In this document: positions 27,697 to 37,265 of the stretch, piece after piece | How the letters are laid out: every line of letters begins with the position of its first letter | Position numbering within the stretch: the first letter of the stretch is position 1 | Source: a virus | Virus genome (UHGV): UHGV-1374574 | Length of the DNA stretch: 45,677 bases | Reading direction: 5' to 3' (one strand) | The notes under the pieces: generated by a model | What the model saw: only the letters and a program-made list of their open reading frames with translations | What the model was told of the DNA's origin: nothing | Databases searched by the model: none | Translations under genes and position numbers: made by a program

Positions 27697-28071
27697 ATGA
27701 ATTTATTAGTTACAGCAGACGGACGTATTTTACTGTACGCTCCTAAAATTGTGTACGGATATTTCGACGAGGCATTCGAAAAGTGGGCATTACTTGACGA
27801 AAACGACAACGTAATGATGTATGCAATTAACCATAACTACACAGTAGCAGAGGTTGACAGTTTACCAGAGGATTACGAAGATGGTAAGTACTTCTACCGC
27901 AACAACGAATTTGTACTTAACAAAGACTGGGAGCCGTTCATTCCAGAGGAGAAGCGAGTGGACGTTCTGGAGAGAACTGTTACAGACCTCCAGACCGAAA
28001 TAGCGGATTTAGTCGAGTGTCAAGCCGATACTATGTATGAGTTATCCCTCATGCAGTTAGGCATGATATAA
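27697..28071 (+). CDS. XkdW-like protein
   Basis: 124 aa acidic protein preceding XkdX-like ORF. Confidence 0.4.
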   Translation: MNLLVTADGRILLYAPKIVYGYFDEAFEKWALLDENDNVMMYAINHNYTVAEVDSLPEDYEDGKYFYRNNEFVLNKDWEPFIPEEKRVDVLERTVTDLQTEIADLVECQADTMYELSLMQLGMI

Positions 28072-28096
28072 AAAAAATCTAAGGAGGTACGAAAGC

Positions 28097-28243
28097 ATGG
28101 CGTACAAGTTAGTAAAGCAGTTAATCAAGTTAGGTAGAAAATCCAAAGTTGAATTGCTCAACTACTGTGATGTGTATTACGCTTCTGGCAGACTGACAGA
28201 CGAAGAATACACCGAACTGATTAACGAAATTGAAGCAATGTAG
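28097..28243 (+). CDS. XkdX-like small protein
   Basis: 48-aa ORF (below track cut-off), MAYKLVKQLIKLG...RLTDEEYTELINEIEAM resembles XkdX family. Confidence 0.45.
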   Translation: MAYKLVKQLIKLGRKSKVELLNYCDVYYASGRLTDEEYTELINEIEAM

Positions 28244-28248
28244 TGCAT

Positions 28249-28272
28249 GAGAACCTAAACGGTTCTTTTTTT
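28249..28272 (+). terminator. rho-independent terminator
   Basis: GAACC-TAAAC-GGTTC + TTTTTTT. Confidence 0.65.
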
Positions 28273-28340
28273 ATTGCACAAAAGAACGTAGAACGCACAG
28301 AAGATAACAAATTTAAAGTATAAGGAAGGAGTTATCTTCT

Positions 28341-29066
28341 ATGCAGACTACGACCAATTACGGTTTGAAAAAGCCGGAAGGAACAGATTTTTATAATGTC
28401 GAAGATTTCAACGATTCATTCGATATTATTGACACCGAATTAAAAGCAACTTCAACCAGGACAGACAATGCAATAGCACACTTATCAGATACAAGCAATC
28501 CTCATGGTGTTACAAAAGAACAGGTTGGACTTGGGAACGTTCCGAATGTAGCGACTAACGACCAAACACCGACTTATACCGTTGTTTCATCAAACACTGC
28601 TCTTTCAAGCGGAGAAAAGTTATCGGCTGCAATGGGTAAGATTGCAAAGGCAGTTAGCAGCTTAATCTCTCATTTATCCGACACCGTAGGCCATATTACA
28701 AGTGCAGAGCGAACAGCATGGAACGGGAAACTAAATGCTACAGGCGGTAGAATAACTGGACAAATTGTTTTTGCTGGAGGTTTGAGTGGTTCAGAAGGAG
28801 GCGAAGTAATATTTGTGAAACCAGATAGTGACAACGCCTTTGGCTCCGATATATCTGTTGATGTTCAAAAGAACAATTTTCGTGTTTTTGCAACGCATAA
28901 CGGTAGCACTAAAGTCTTTTCGGTTGATTACACAACATTAAAACCAGAAACAAACATCGCATTGCATACAGGAAACTCCGTGCCAGTAGTCGTAACGGAC
29001 ACCGATCCTGGCGAAGGTGCAAATGTTTCTTTCTTAGAAGGTACCATTATCTTCGTGAAAGGCTAG
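28341..29066 (+). CDS. tail fibre protein, variant 2
   Basis: N-terminus ~65-70% identical to 25486 protein (NPHGVT..QVGLGNVPNVATNDQTPTYTV), divergent C-terminus. Confidence 0.65.
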   Translation: MQTTTNYGLKKPEGTDFYNVEDFNDSFDIIDTELKATSTRTDNAIAHLSDTSNPHGVTKEQVGLGNVPNVATNDQTPTYTVVSSNTALSSGEKLSAAMGKIAKAVSSLISHLSDTVGHITSAERTAWNGKLNATGGRITGQIVFAGGLSGSEGGEVIFVKPDSDNAFGSDISVDVQKNNFRVFATHNGSTKVFSVDYTTLKPETNIALHTGNSVPVVVTDTDPGEGANVSFLEGTIIFVKG

Positions 29067-29074
29067 GTGATATT

Positions 29075-30136
29075 ATGGCAAATAAAGCATATATCACTTC
29101 TGCCGGAAAGACCGTAAATATTTCCAATGCTTATGTGTGCGATAATTTGAAAACAGTAAAAGCAAGAAAGGCGTATCGTGTTGAAGACGGAAAAACCGCA
29201 TTGCTTTGGAATCGCCTTTTTCCATATATCGTAGGTTTCTACAAAGGCACTGAAATATACGGTTCACAGGACGGCATAAATTACGAAAGTGTTGGAACGC
29301 TTAACTTCAATCCACGTTGTATAACATTTGGAAATGGAAAATATGTGGCCTTGGGAGAAGCCGGACAAACCGCATATTCGACAGACGGTGCATCATGGAT
29401 AACATCAAGCACTGGAAAGAGCGACATATTTGATAGCGTTGCCTATGGAAACGGCAGATTTGTTGCGATTGGCTATAATGGTGCTTCATATTATTCACTA
29501 GATGGAATAACATGGACGGCAATGAGTGGGCATGGAACGTATGACTACCATTTCGTTGATTACTTTTCTTCTGGTGTATGGATGTGTTGTGGTGATGGAA
29601 TGTCGTGCTATTCCACAGACGGAACAACGTGGATTCAAATGCGAAACATTAGTGATGATGTAACATATTACTGTATTGCGTATGACGGTGTTTATTACTA
29701 CATTAGCACAGATAGTAGCGAGGGTATTTATTGCAAAAAGACACCACAAGAATTATGGGGTGTTTCTGGTTATTTTAACATGATGAACTCCTCAACGGCT
29801 GCCGGAGTAACATATACTCCACAGGCGCATATGCAGATTGTTGGAGAATATATGTATGTAATAGGCGAATTTACTAAAACCGATACACAGACAGCATATC
29901 CTTATCGGTTTAAATATCCGTATGCTTCGGGTGTGACTAGAGAAAAATTCGCATTGCCTAAAGATTCGTATTTTATGCACGGCCCAAGAAAAACATACGT
30001 TGACGGAGAGTATATATATGTCCATTATACTACTTATGGTTTTTATAGATTAAATACAAGCACTCTCACATGGGAACTTGTAATGAGCAATCCGACACAA
30101 AATGGTATGTCAGCGATTGCAAAGGGGAAAATATAG
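29075..30136 (+). CDS. Asp-box (BNR-like) repeat beta-propeller protein, putative receptor-binding
   Basis: YSTDGASWIT, YSLDGITWTA, YSTDGTTWIQ = SxDxGxTW repeats; paralogous start to 26362 protein. Confidence 0.55.
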   Translation: MANKAYITSAGKTVNISNAYVCDNLKTVKARKAYRVEDGKTALLWNRLFPYIVGFYKGTEIYGSQDGINYESVGTLNFNPRCITFGNGKYVALGEAGQTAYSTDGASWITSSTGKSDIFDSVAYGNGRFVAIGYNGASYYSLDGITWTAMSGHGTYDYHFVDYFSSGVWMCCGDGMSCYSTDGTTWIQMRNISDDVTYYCIAYDGVYYYISTDSSEGIYCKKTPQELWGVSGYFNMMNSSTAAGVTYTPQAHMQIVGEYMYVIGEFTKTDTQTAYPYRFKYPYASGVTREKFALPKDSYFMHGPRKTYVDGEYIYVHYTTYGFYRLNTSTLTWELVMSNPTQNGMSAIAKGKI

Positions 30137-30162
30137 TTTAACTTACAAAGGAGAATACAACA

Positions 30163-30696
30163 ATGGAGGAAATGACAACAGTTGTATATTACGAAACGGT
30201 GCTTTGGGTGGCCGGGATTTATTCCGTGGCTAATTTTATCAAGTGGCTATATCCAATTTTATGTAAACTCTATGAGTTTATTTTTAAAAAGTTGGGCGTT
30301 ACAACTAAGGGCATGAGAAAACGAGAAGCAAACGAAAAGAGACTTGAAAATACTGAAAAATCCATTGCAGAAATCGTAGATAAGATTGAAGCGTTTAAGA
30401 ATGAGATAGTCGCAGAACTTAATCGGCTCCAGGATAAAGTAGATGAACAGAAAGTAGAAATGGACGAAACAAAGAGAGCAAATGATAAAACCGACTGCGC
30501 TATGCTCCGTGACCGTATCGGTAGTGGCATGAGATACTTTAGCAAAAACATAGCACCAGACGGAAAAGTACATATCTCATGGAGCGATTGGGAGAACATG
30601 AACGCATTGTTCCAGGAATACTTTTCAAAGCATGGAAACGGAGCGTTTCGTAAAATGTATGACGATGAGTTTGTACACTTTATTATTGACAGATAG
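30163..30696 (+). CDS. membrane-anchored coiled-coil protein (XhlA-like lysis accessory)
   Basis: N-terminal TM helix then long coiled coil; precedes holins. Confidence 0.4.
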   Translation: MEEMTTVVYYETVLWVAGIYSVANFIKWLYPILCKLYEFIFKKLGVTTKGMRKREANEKRLENTEKSIAEIVDKIEAFKNEIVAELNRLQDKVDEQKVEMDETKRANDKTDCAMLRDRIGSGMRYFSKNIAPDGKVHISWSDWENMNALFQEYFSKHGNGAFRKMYDDEFVHFIIDR

Positions 30697-30707
30697 GGGG
30701 CTTTTAT

Positions 30708-30941
30708 ATGGCGAAAAAAAATAAGAAACGTAAGACCTCTAATATGGTACTGTTAGTTATAGGATTTTTTATTATGGCCTTCATTGTTTCGATGGAGGTC
30801 ATTTTTTGCGTAACAGGAAGTGTGCCAGACACATTGATTCAATATACGCTTGGTGCCGGAGGGGTTGAAATACTTCTTCTTGCAGCAATCAAGATTTCAA
30901 AAGTAGTAGTAGGAGAAAAAGGAGGAAATGAAAATGAATAG
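30708..30941 (+). CDS. small 2-TM membrane protein (holin-like)
   Basis: Two hydrophobic helices, charged termini. Confidence 0.45.
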   Translation: MAKKNKKRKTSNMVLLVIGFFIMAFIVSMEVIFCVTGSVPDTLIQYTLGAGGVEILLLAAIKISKVVVGEKGGNENE

Positions 30942-31185
30942 TTTATTAAGAAAATTGTTATCAAGAAAGTTATGGTTAGCAATAGCCGGAATTGCAACAG
31001 GTATTGCTATTGCACTTGGAGCAGATGCAAGCGAGGTTGAAACCATTGCCGGAGCAATTACAACTTTAATCAGTGCGTTGGCTTACATCATTGTCGAAGG
31101 TAAAGTTGATGCAGAAAGCGTGAAAAACAGTATTATCGGTGTCGAAGAAATTGTTGATATTCTTAATGAAGAAGGTGATGAATAA
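30928..31185 (+). CDS. holin
   Basis: 85 aa, 2 TM helices, acidic C-terminus, immediately upstream of endolysin. Confidence 0.55.
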   Translation: MKMNSLLRKLLSRKLWLAIAGIATGIAIALGADASEVETIAGAITTLISALAYIIVEGKVDAESVKNSIIGVEEIVDILNEEGDE

Positions 31186-31931
31186 TGGCAATTAAAATCG
31201 GTCATGCAAGCATCGGAGAACTTGGTGCGAAAAACAACGTCAGTGGCGATTCAACGGGCAAGGAAGTTTGTACCCGTGATTGGTATAATGGTGGTTGGCA
31301 TACTGTTTTACGTTGTAAGGATGAAGAAAAAGCCGAGATAATGGCAAGAGAATGTGAAAATGCGTGTGCAAATCCGAATGTCGGTTACGACCAAAACCAA
31401 AGGAACAGTTTAAGAAAACAGGCAAAAGCCGTAAATTGGGATTTATCCAAGGTAGGCAAGTGTGAATGTGATTGTTCATCCCTTGTTTCTGTATGCGCTG
31501 AATGTGCAGATATTGAAATTCCTTATGTGTACGAAAATGCACCGACAACAAGTTCTATGGTGTCTGCGTTTAAGTCTACGGGCGAATTTGAAGTGCTTAC
31601 GGAATTAAAATACCGTACCACAGACAAATATTTACGCCGTGGTGATATTCTTGTGAAATCCGGGCATACTGTAATGGCGTTACAGGATGGCGAGAGCGCA
31701 TACGAAAGAAAAGTGAAAGTAGAAGTGCTTGTGTTAAAGAAAGGATGCAAGGGTGAAGCCGTAAAAACGTTGCAAGTTATCTTGAATGCAAAAGGTTTTA
31801 ATTGCGGTGAAGCAGACGGCAGTTTCGGTCCTAAAACGGATTCTTCTGTTAGAGCATTCCAAAAAGCAAAGAAACTTACAGTTGACGGTTCAGTTGGTGC
31901 TGCTACATGGACGGAATTACTGATAGGGTAA
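31185..31931 (+). CDS. endolysin: N-terminal peptidoglycan hydrolase domain + C-terminal PG_binding_1-like domain
   Basis: C-terminus GCKGEAVKTLQVILNAKGFNCGEADGSFGPKTDSSVRAFQKAKKLTVDGSVGAATW is a peptidoglycan-binding repeat; last gene of lysis cassette. Confidence 0.75.
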   Translation: MAIKIGHASIGELGAKNNVSGDSTGKEVCTRDWYNGGWHTVLRCKDEEKAEIMARECENACANPNVGYDQNQRNSLRKQAKAVNWDLSKVGKCECDCSSLVSVCAECADIEIPYVYENAPTTSSMVSAFKSTGEFEVLTELKYRTTDKYLRRGDILVKSGHTVMALQDGESAYERKVKVEVLVLKKGCKGEAVKTLQVILNAKGFNCGEADGSFGPKTDSSVRAFQKAKKLTVDGSVGAATWTELLIG

Positions 31932-31994
31932 GTCCAGAATATTTGACACAAAAACAAAATAGTGTATAATAAATTAGAAGTAGGTTCAAAGAAT

Positions 31995-32040
31995 GCAGTA
32001 CCGTGGAATGCCCTATGAATAAGGTACTCCACGGTACTGC
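31995..32040. repeat. perfect 13-bp inverted repeat (GCAGTACCGTGGA ... TCCACGGTACTGC) with 20-bp spacer: attP candidate or bidirectional terminator
   Basis: Read directly; located between convergent endolysin and integrase genes. Confidence 0.45.
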
Positions 32041-32063
32041 AAAAAGGAATATTTTAAAAAGCC

Positions 32064-33596
32064 TTATTTTCTCGGCATTTTTGGATAGATTTTAATTGTG
32101 AAATTGTGCATACCATCTTCACTTTTCCAAAACTCCACTTTTTCGAGGACTTCTTTAAATAACAGATTGCGTCCGACAGTGTCTATATCATCGTACATAT
32201 CGAAAAGCCGTTCAACTTTTGGTGCGAATGATTCATTGTCGGTTGCAAATGTTTTTTCGTTCTCTATTAGTTCTTTCGTGCTGACAATATCAGCGTCAAT
32301 CTTCTTTTTTCGAGCGAAAAGCGTTTCCGACCTCTTATTGTACATATCAAGTGAATAAACACCTTTTTCGAGTAAATCACAAAGAGAATCAATCTGGCCG
32401 TCCACGGTAGTTAATTCATCTTTGAGAGCAGCGAGAGTAGATTCGTACAACGGTAATTGTGATTCTCTAACAAGCGGAACACTTTCTACAGTGTAATCTG
32501 CGTACCATTCTTTTAGAGCATCAAGTACACGTTCTACAACTAAGTGGTGTCTGGCCTGTTTATTACCACAGTTATAACGGCACTTTAAATAACCCGGATA
32601 TTTCTTGTCACGGGATGTATATATCATGGCTTTTCCACAACAACCACATTTCATAATTCCGGCAAGTTCATTTTTTAAATCTTTATTATCGTTGCAACCT
32701 GTTTTTGTGTTCGAAAGTCTGATAGATTGCACTTTATAATATTGTTCTTCTGTAATAAGCGGTTCGTGAATACCGTCTACAATTTCTATTTTCGATTTTT
32801 CGTTACGTTTTACTTTCTTAGTTTCCACACCATCTGTTAATATTCTTTGTGTCGATTTGATACCACGCACAACTTTACCAATATAGTGAGGATTCTGTAA
32901 TGCACGTTTGATAACTGAACCAGTCCACAAGGAACCGTGTCGAGTTGGAACACCGAGTTTGTTTAACTTATCGGCAATAGTATTTACTCCAATACCTTGT
33001 TCTGCCATATCGTACATCATGCGTAAATACGGTGCTTCTTGTTCGTTTGGTGTCAGTGTATATCCTTTGCCTTTTTGAACTTTCATTCTGTTATATCCAT
33101 ACGGAGCAACGGAAGGTATATACAATCCCTGGTTGAAAGATTTCACTCTGCCATCAATAAGACGTTTCTTAATACTGTTATACTCTATGCGAGCAAAGAA
33201 AAGTTTCATTTCAAAGAATTGTGAATCAGACGGATCGCAAGGGTTGTAAATCTTATCTGGTGTAACAATGTTTACTTTCATGTAGAAAACCGTACTGAAA
33301 ATTCTACCCTGGTCCGACATATTACCACGACTCAAACGGTCAACATCATATACAAGTAAATTATCTACTTCCCCCTGTTCCATCAATCTAAGGACTTTTT
33401 GTATTTCTGGTCGTGCAACGATGGTGTCACCAGAAACGATTTCACGATAGATGTGGTCCTCTGTTACTGGCATATTCAATCGCTTAGACAATTCCATTAA
33501 AGCATTGTAATGTCTAGTGAGTGTTTCGCCTTGCCCACTTTGTTCCGCTTCTATATCTTCACGGCTTTTTCTTAGATACATCACATTGATTCCCAT
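32064..33596 (-). CDS. large serine recombinase (integrase)
   Basis: N-terminal resolvase motifs YLRKSRED, VYDVDRLSR; recombinase domain; zinc ribbon CGCCGKAMIY...CRYNCGNK; coiled coil. Confidence 0.85.
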   Translation of the reverse strand: MGINVMYLRKSREDIEAEQSGQGETLTRHYNALMELSKRLNMPVTEDHIYREIVSGDTIVARPEIQKVLRLMEQGEVDNLLVYDVDRLSRGNMSDQGRIFSTVFYMKVNIVTPDKIYNPCDPSDSQFFEMKLFFARIEYNSIKKRLIDGRVKSFNQGLYIPSVAPYGYNRMKVQKGKGYTLTPNEQEAPYLRMMYDMAEQGIGVNTIADKLNKLGVPTRHGSLWTGSVIKRALQNPHYIGKVVRGIKSTQRILTDGVETKKVKRNEKSKIEIVDGIHEPLITEEQYYKVQSIRLSNTKTGCNDNKDLKNELAGIMKCGCCGKAMIYTSRDKKYPGYLKCRYNCGNKQARHHLVVERVLDALKEWYADYTVESVPLVRESQLPLYESTLAALKDELTTVDGQIDSLCDLLEKGVYSLDMYNKRSETLFARKKKIDADIVSTKELIENEKTFATDNESFAPKVERLFDMYDDIDTVGRNLLFKEVLEKVEFWKSEDGMHNFTIKIYPKMPRK

Positions 33597-33991
33597 TATT
33601 TACCCCCATTGTTTAAAAACTGCATATAAGATAAAAGTCTTTCATAATTCTTTGCGTCCATCTGTGCTAATTCGATTAAAATTTCTTCGCCACATTCAGA
33701 TGTAATTAAATATTGAACAGTTTCGTTCTGTACTGGTGTTAATGAGTATTCTTCAACTAAACAGGATTTTGTTGTATTGAAAAATTCTGCCATTTTCTCA
33801 ATCTTATCAATTCTAGGGTAATATTCACCACGATACCACCCGGCAAATGTAGTAACAGGAACACCGAGTTCCTTTGCAATCATTTCTTTTGTATATCCTT
33901 TATCTTCCCACATTGCAATGTATTTATTTAAGTTCTTAGCAAAAGTCTGTTTGTTACCATAATTACTAATAGCAATAGTCATAATACACAC
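33596..33991 (-). CDS. XRE-family HTH repressor (CI-like)
   Basis: HTH FAKNLNKYIAMWEDKGYTKEMIAKELGVPVTTFAGW; divergent from cro; stop overlaps integrase start (TAATG). Confidence 0.7.
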   Translation of the reverse strand: MCIMTIAISNYGNKQTFAKNLNKYIAMWEDKGYTKEMIAKELGVPVTTFAGWYRGEYYPRIDKIEKMAEFFNTTKSCLVEEYSLTPVQNETVQYLITSECGEEILIELAQMDAKNYERLLSYMQFLNNGGK

Positions 33992-34116
33992 TCCTTTTAA
34001 ATTTTTGTTTGATTTTGTAAGTTCATTATACGACTAAACCGTAATAAATGCAAGTGAAAAAACAAAGAAATTTTAACAAATTAGTAAAATCATTTCATAA
34101 ATTCCAAAAATTACTA

Positions 34117-34146
34117 TTGACAAGAACGGTTTAACAGTGGTAATAT
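34117..34146 (+). promoter_or_regulatory. cro promoter TTGACA-18-TAATAT with operator half-site in spacer
   Basis: Spacer AGAACGGTTTAACAGTG resembles AACGGTTTAACCGTT dyad. Confidence 0.55.
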
Positions 34147-34174
34147 GTGGATACAACAGGAAAGGGGGTGCAAC

Positions 34175-34366
34175 ATGGGGATGACTCTAAAGGCTGCAAG
34201 AGTAAACAGAAACATGACACAGAAGCAAGCCGCTACCGAACTGGGAGTTTCTAGTGAAACAGTAAGAAGTTGGGAAAAAGGAAAGACATTTCCAAACACA
34301 GAACAGGTTCGTAAAATCGAAGAATTGTACGGCTTAACTTATGCAGAGATTGACTTTACTAGATAA
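34175..34366 (+). CDS. Cro-like XRE HTH regulator
   Basis: MTQKQAATELGVSSETVRSWEKGKTFP HTH; ATG 34175 after AAAGGGGG. Confidence 0.6.
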   Translation: MGMTLKAARVNRNMTQKQAATELGVSSETVRSWEKGKTFPNTEQVRKIEELYGLTYAEIDFTR

Positions 34367-34393
34367 TGGTGTCATATTTTTTTAACCCAAAAC

Positions 34394-34408
34394 AACGGTT
34401 TAACCGTT
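34394..34408. promoter_or_regulatory. AACGGTTTAACCGTT palindrome (operator/attenuator copy a)
   Basis: Perfect dyad followed by TTGGAGG. Confidence 0.5.
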
Positions 34409-34588
34409 TTGGAGGTTCGGCTACATAAAAGTTTGGTAAAACGGCAAAACGGTAGAAAATGAGGTGAGGATTGGAGGAAGTCAGAAAATTTGGAGCAACC
34501 ACTGTCATTATTTCGGACAAATATGTGACTGATAATGACAGAAAAATCAAAGAAGCACTGAAAAGAATTTCAGAGATAAGGAGCAGAT

Positions 34589-34831
34589 ATGAACGAAAAA
34601 GAGTTAGCACTTGATTTTGCACAGTTTTTTGAACCTATGGTAAATAGTGTCAGAGATAATGGGGCAGAATGGTGTACGATTTCTGTAAACAGAAACGGAT
34701 TGGTTTCTGCAACATTTTATGAATCTAAAGATGGAAGATATGAAAAAAAACTGGAAGTGGCAAGAAATCTTGATGGAGAAGTTAGAGTTATCAGAGAGGA
34801 AAAGTTGGAGGTAGAGAATGGGAACAAGTAA
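34589..34831 (+). CDS. hypothetical protein
   Basis: 80 aa ORF. Confidence 0.45.
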   Translation: MNEKELALDFAQFFEPMVNSVRDNGAEWCTISVNRNGLVSATFYESKDGRYEKKLEVARNLDGEVRVIREEKLEVENGNK

Positions 34832-35612
34832 TACACAGTTAATCACACAGGTACATACTGGCCTTGCCGATGCGTTGGAAAGTCAGAAAGATGCGTTGCC
34901 GTTAGGTTTTAACACCAAGAGATTTTTACAGAACGCAGTATTTCTTATCAGAGATGGGAAATCCGATTTTTCACAATGTGAACCTGTATCTATTGTACGC
35001 ACTTTAATGAAAGCGTCCTTTTTGGGTTTAGATCCGATGAACGGAGAATGTTACGCAATCCCATACGGTAAACAGTGCCAGTTTCAGACGGACTATAAGG
35101 GCGAAGTGAAGTTGTGTAAGAAGTATTCTATCCGGGAAGTACAGGACATTTACTCTAAGGTGGTTCGCAAGGGAGACGATTTCACAGAAAAGATTGTTGA
35201 CGGTAGACAGACAATCGAGTTTTCTCCGTTACCGTTTAATGACAATGAGATAGTCGGTGCATTTGCAGTTGTTTTATATAAAGACGGTGGCATGAGTTAC
35301 GAAGTTATGAGTAAGGCAGACATTGAGAGTGTCAGAACAAATTACAGTAAAGCAAAGGATTCTGGCGCATGGCGTAATAGTTATGATGAAATGTGTAAAA
35401 AGACCGTTTTAAGACGTTTATGCAAGCACATTGAATTGGATTTCGAAACTGCCGAAATGCAGAGATTATTTGAGGAAACTTCCGATTTTGATGTACATAA
35501 GAAGCCGGATAAACCAGTTGTGCCGAATGTATTCGAAAATGAAGCAGATATTGTCGAAGTGGACTATACAGAACTTGAAGAAATCAATACAGATAATTTA
35601 CCGTTTGCATAG
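34818..35612 (+). CDS. recT: RecT-family single-strand annealing protein
   Basis: Characteristic RecT core (..FLGLDPMNGECYAIPYG..) and acidic C-terminus. Confidence 0.75.
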   Translation: MGTSNTQLITQVHTGLADALESQKDALPLGFNTKRFLQNAVFLIRDGKSDFSQCEPVSIVRTLMKASFLGLDPMNGECYAIPYGKQCQFQTDYKGEVKLCKKYSIREVQDIYSKVVRKGDDFTEKIVDGRQTIEFSPLPFNDNEIVGAFAVVLYKDGGMSYEVMSKADIESVRTNYSKAKDSGAWRNSYDEMCKKTVLRRLCKHIELDFETAEMQRLFEETSDFDVHKKPDKPVVPNVFENEADIVEVDYTELEEINTDNLPFA

Positions 35613-35620
35613 GAGACAGT

Positions 35621-36454
35621 ATGAGTGATTATATATTAACACCACAAAATTACTACGACCTTGAAAGTGACCGCAGATATTGTTCGGCATCACAGTTTAA
35701 AAAGTTCGTATCATTAGGAACAACGGCTTGTGAAGCAAAAGCAATCGCTGAATTAAAGGGAAAATATAAAGAACCGAAAAGTGATGCACTCATATTCGGC
35801 AGTATCGTTGATTACTTGTGGGAGCATGACGGTGATTTAACTGATTTCAACAAAGAACACCCGGACATTGACTTATTTAGTAGCCGTGGGGCCACAAAGG
35901 GAAATATTCTTGCGAAGTGGCAGAAGGCCATTGATGTTTATAATCGCACCAAAGAGGATGAACTTTTTTCGCAGTTTATGAGTGGCGAAAAGCAGAAAAT
36001 CTTCACTGGCACGATTGAAGGTGTGAATTTTAAGTGTAAACTTGACAGTTACATTCCACATAAGGCTATTGTAGACCTTAAAACAACAAGGTCAATCCGT
36101 AAGCCGTTTCGGATCACTGACGTAGGTTATGTAAGTTTCGTTGAGAAATATTCGTACACACATCAAATGGCAATCTACCAGGAGTTAGTGAGACAGAATA
36201 CAGGAGAAACATTACCGTGTTTCATTGCTGCCGTTTCAAAAGAAGATGTGCCGGATATTGAAATCATCTATCTTGACGATGAAGTTTTGAGAGAAGCACT
36301 GATAGAAGTCAAAGCGAAGATAGGCAATGTTCAGATGTTGAAGAACGGAGAAATAGAACCTATCAGATGCGAGGTATGTGATTATTGCAAGTCAAGTAAG
36401 AAACTGACAAAGGCTATTCACTTTAGCGAATTATTGCTTGATTATACGGACTAA
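35621..36454 (+). CDS. PD-(D/E)XK exonuclease (Cas4/RecB-like, with Cys cluster)
   Basis: IVDLKTT motif; N-terminal C plus C-terminal CEVCDYC cluster; partner of RecT. Confidence 0.6.
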   Translation: MSDYILTPQNYYDLESDRRYCSASQFKKFVSLGTTACEAKAIAELKGKYKEPKSDALIFGSIVDYLWEHDGDLTDFNKEHPDIDLFSSRGATKGNILAKWQKAIDVYNRTKEDELFSQFMSGEKQKIFTGTIEGVNFKCKLDSYIPHKAIVDLKTTRSIRKPFRITDVGYVSFVEKYSYTHQMAIYQELVRQNTGETLPCFIAAVSKEDVPDIEIIYLDDEVLREALIEVKAKIGNVQMLKNGEIEPIRCEVCDYCKSSKKLTKAIHFSELLLDYTD

Positions 36455-36473
36455 ATTTTTTTTACTCATTAAA

Positions 36474-36488
36474 AACGGTTTAACCGTT
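36474..36488. promoter_or_regulatory. AACGGTTTAACCGTT palindrome (copy b)
   Basis: Identical 15-mer followed by TTGGAAAGG. Confidence 0.5.
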
Positions 36489-36504
36489 TTGGAAAGGAGA
36501 ACAC

Positions 36505-36759
36505 ATGGAAGTTACACCTATTGACAGAAACAGGTTTTATCGACTGATTACAGAGGTTTTATCCAATAAGGAACTTACGGCAAGGGAGATAGCGGAAGTC
36601 CTATTTTTACGAGGTTACATTATGACTGCTACAAGACAGGAAGTTGCGCCACGCCTTACTGAATTAGAGAAAATGGACCGTGTCGAGGTTGTCGGTTCGA
36701 AAGTCGATGTGCTAACGAAAAAACGTGTGAGTATTTACAGATTATGTGGAGCGCATTAA
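36505..36759 (+). CDS. putative winged-helix DNA-binding protein
   Basis: LTAREIAEVLFLRGY...RQEVAPRLTELEKMDRVEV pattern. Confidence 0.4.
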   Translation: MEVTPIDRNRFYRLITEVLSNKELTAREIAEVLFLRGYIMTATRQEVAPRLTELEKMDRVEVVGSKVDVLTKKRVSIYRLCGAH

Positions 36760-37019
36760 CTAAAGATTTAACCACTTGCTATGTGAGTGGACGAAAACCC
36801 GCAGCCTTGCACCATATTTTTAACAAGTTCAACAAAACAAGGTCAGAAAAGTACGGTTTTATGGTTCCGTTACACCCGGACTACCATACAGGGCAATACG
36901 GAGTACACACCCATAACAAGGAACTTGACTTGAAGTTGAAACGTAAATGTCAAGAGTTGTGGTTAGCAGACGGACACACAAAAGAAGAATGGCACCGGGA
37001 GTTCGGTAAGTGGTATTAG
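36744..37019 (+). CDS. hypothetical His-rich protein
   Basis: 91 aa; HHIF...YH..YGVHTH. Confidence 0.4.
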   Translation: MWSALTKDLTTCYVSGRKPAALHHIFNKFNKTRSEKYGFMVPLHPDYHTGQYGVHTHNKELDLKLKRKCQELWLADGHTKEEWHREFGKWY

Positions 37020-37027
37020 GAGGGAAC

Positions 37028-37264
37028 ATGACAATAGAAACAGAAGCAATGATAGCACAGACAATGTACTGTTTGAAAATGGGAGTTCCACAGTTGGCCC
37101 CGTCAAATGGGCATTGCCAAAGATGTGGTAAAAACATTTACTCTCAATATAAAATCGTGCTAAATGGTGGCAAAGTGACAGGGTACACAGTTGACTATGC
37201 TTCAAACTATTACATCAAAAATTGCCCACATTGCAATGAGAGTTTCAAGAAATCGGAGGTATAA
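37028..37264 (+). CDS. zinc-ribbon protein
   Basis: CQRCGK ... CPHCNE; ATG 37028 after AGGAGGG. Confidence 0.4.
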   Translation: MTIETEAMIAQTMYCLKMGVPQLAPSNGHCQRCGKNIYSQYKIVLNGGKVTGYTVDYASNYYIKNCPHCNESFKKSEV

Positions 37265-37265
37265 A

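Noticed and set aside
25486-30136. Invertible tail-fibre switching (Gin/Cin/Hin-type shufflon)
   Set aside because: Both fibre genes are on the same strand with their own RBSs. No small Hin-type invertase and no flanking inverted repeats. The only serine recombinase is a 510-aa integrase-type enzyme.
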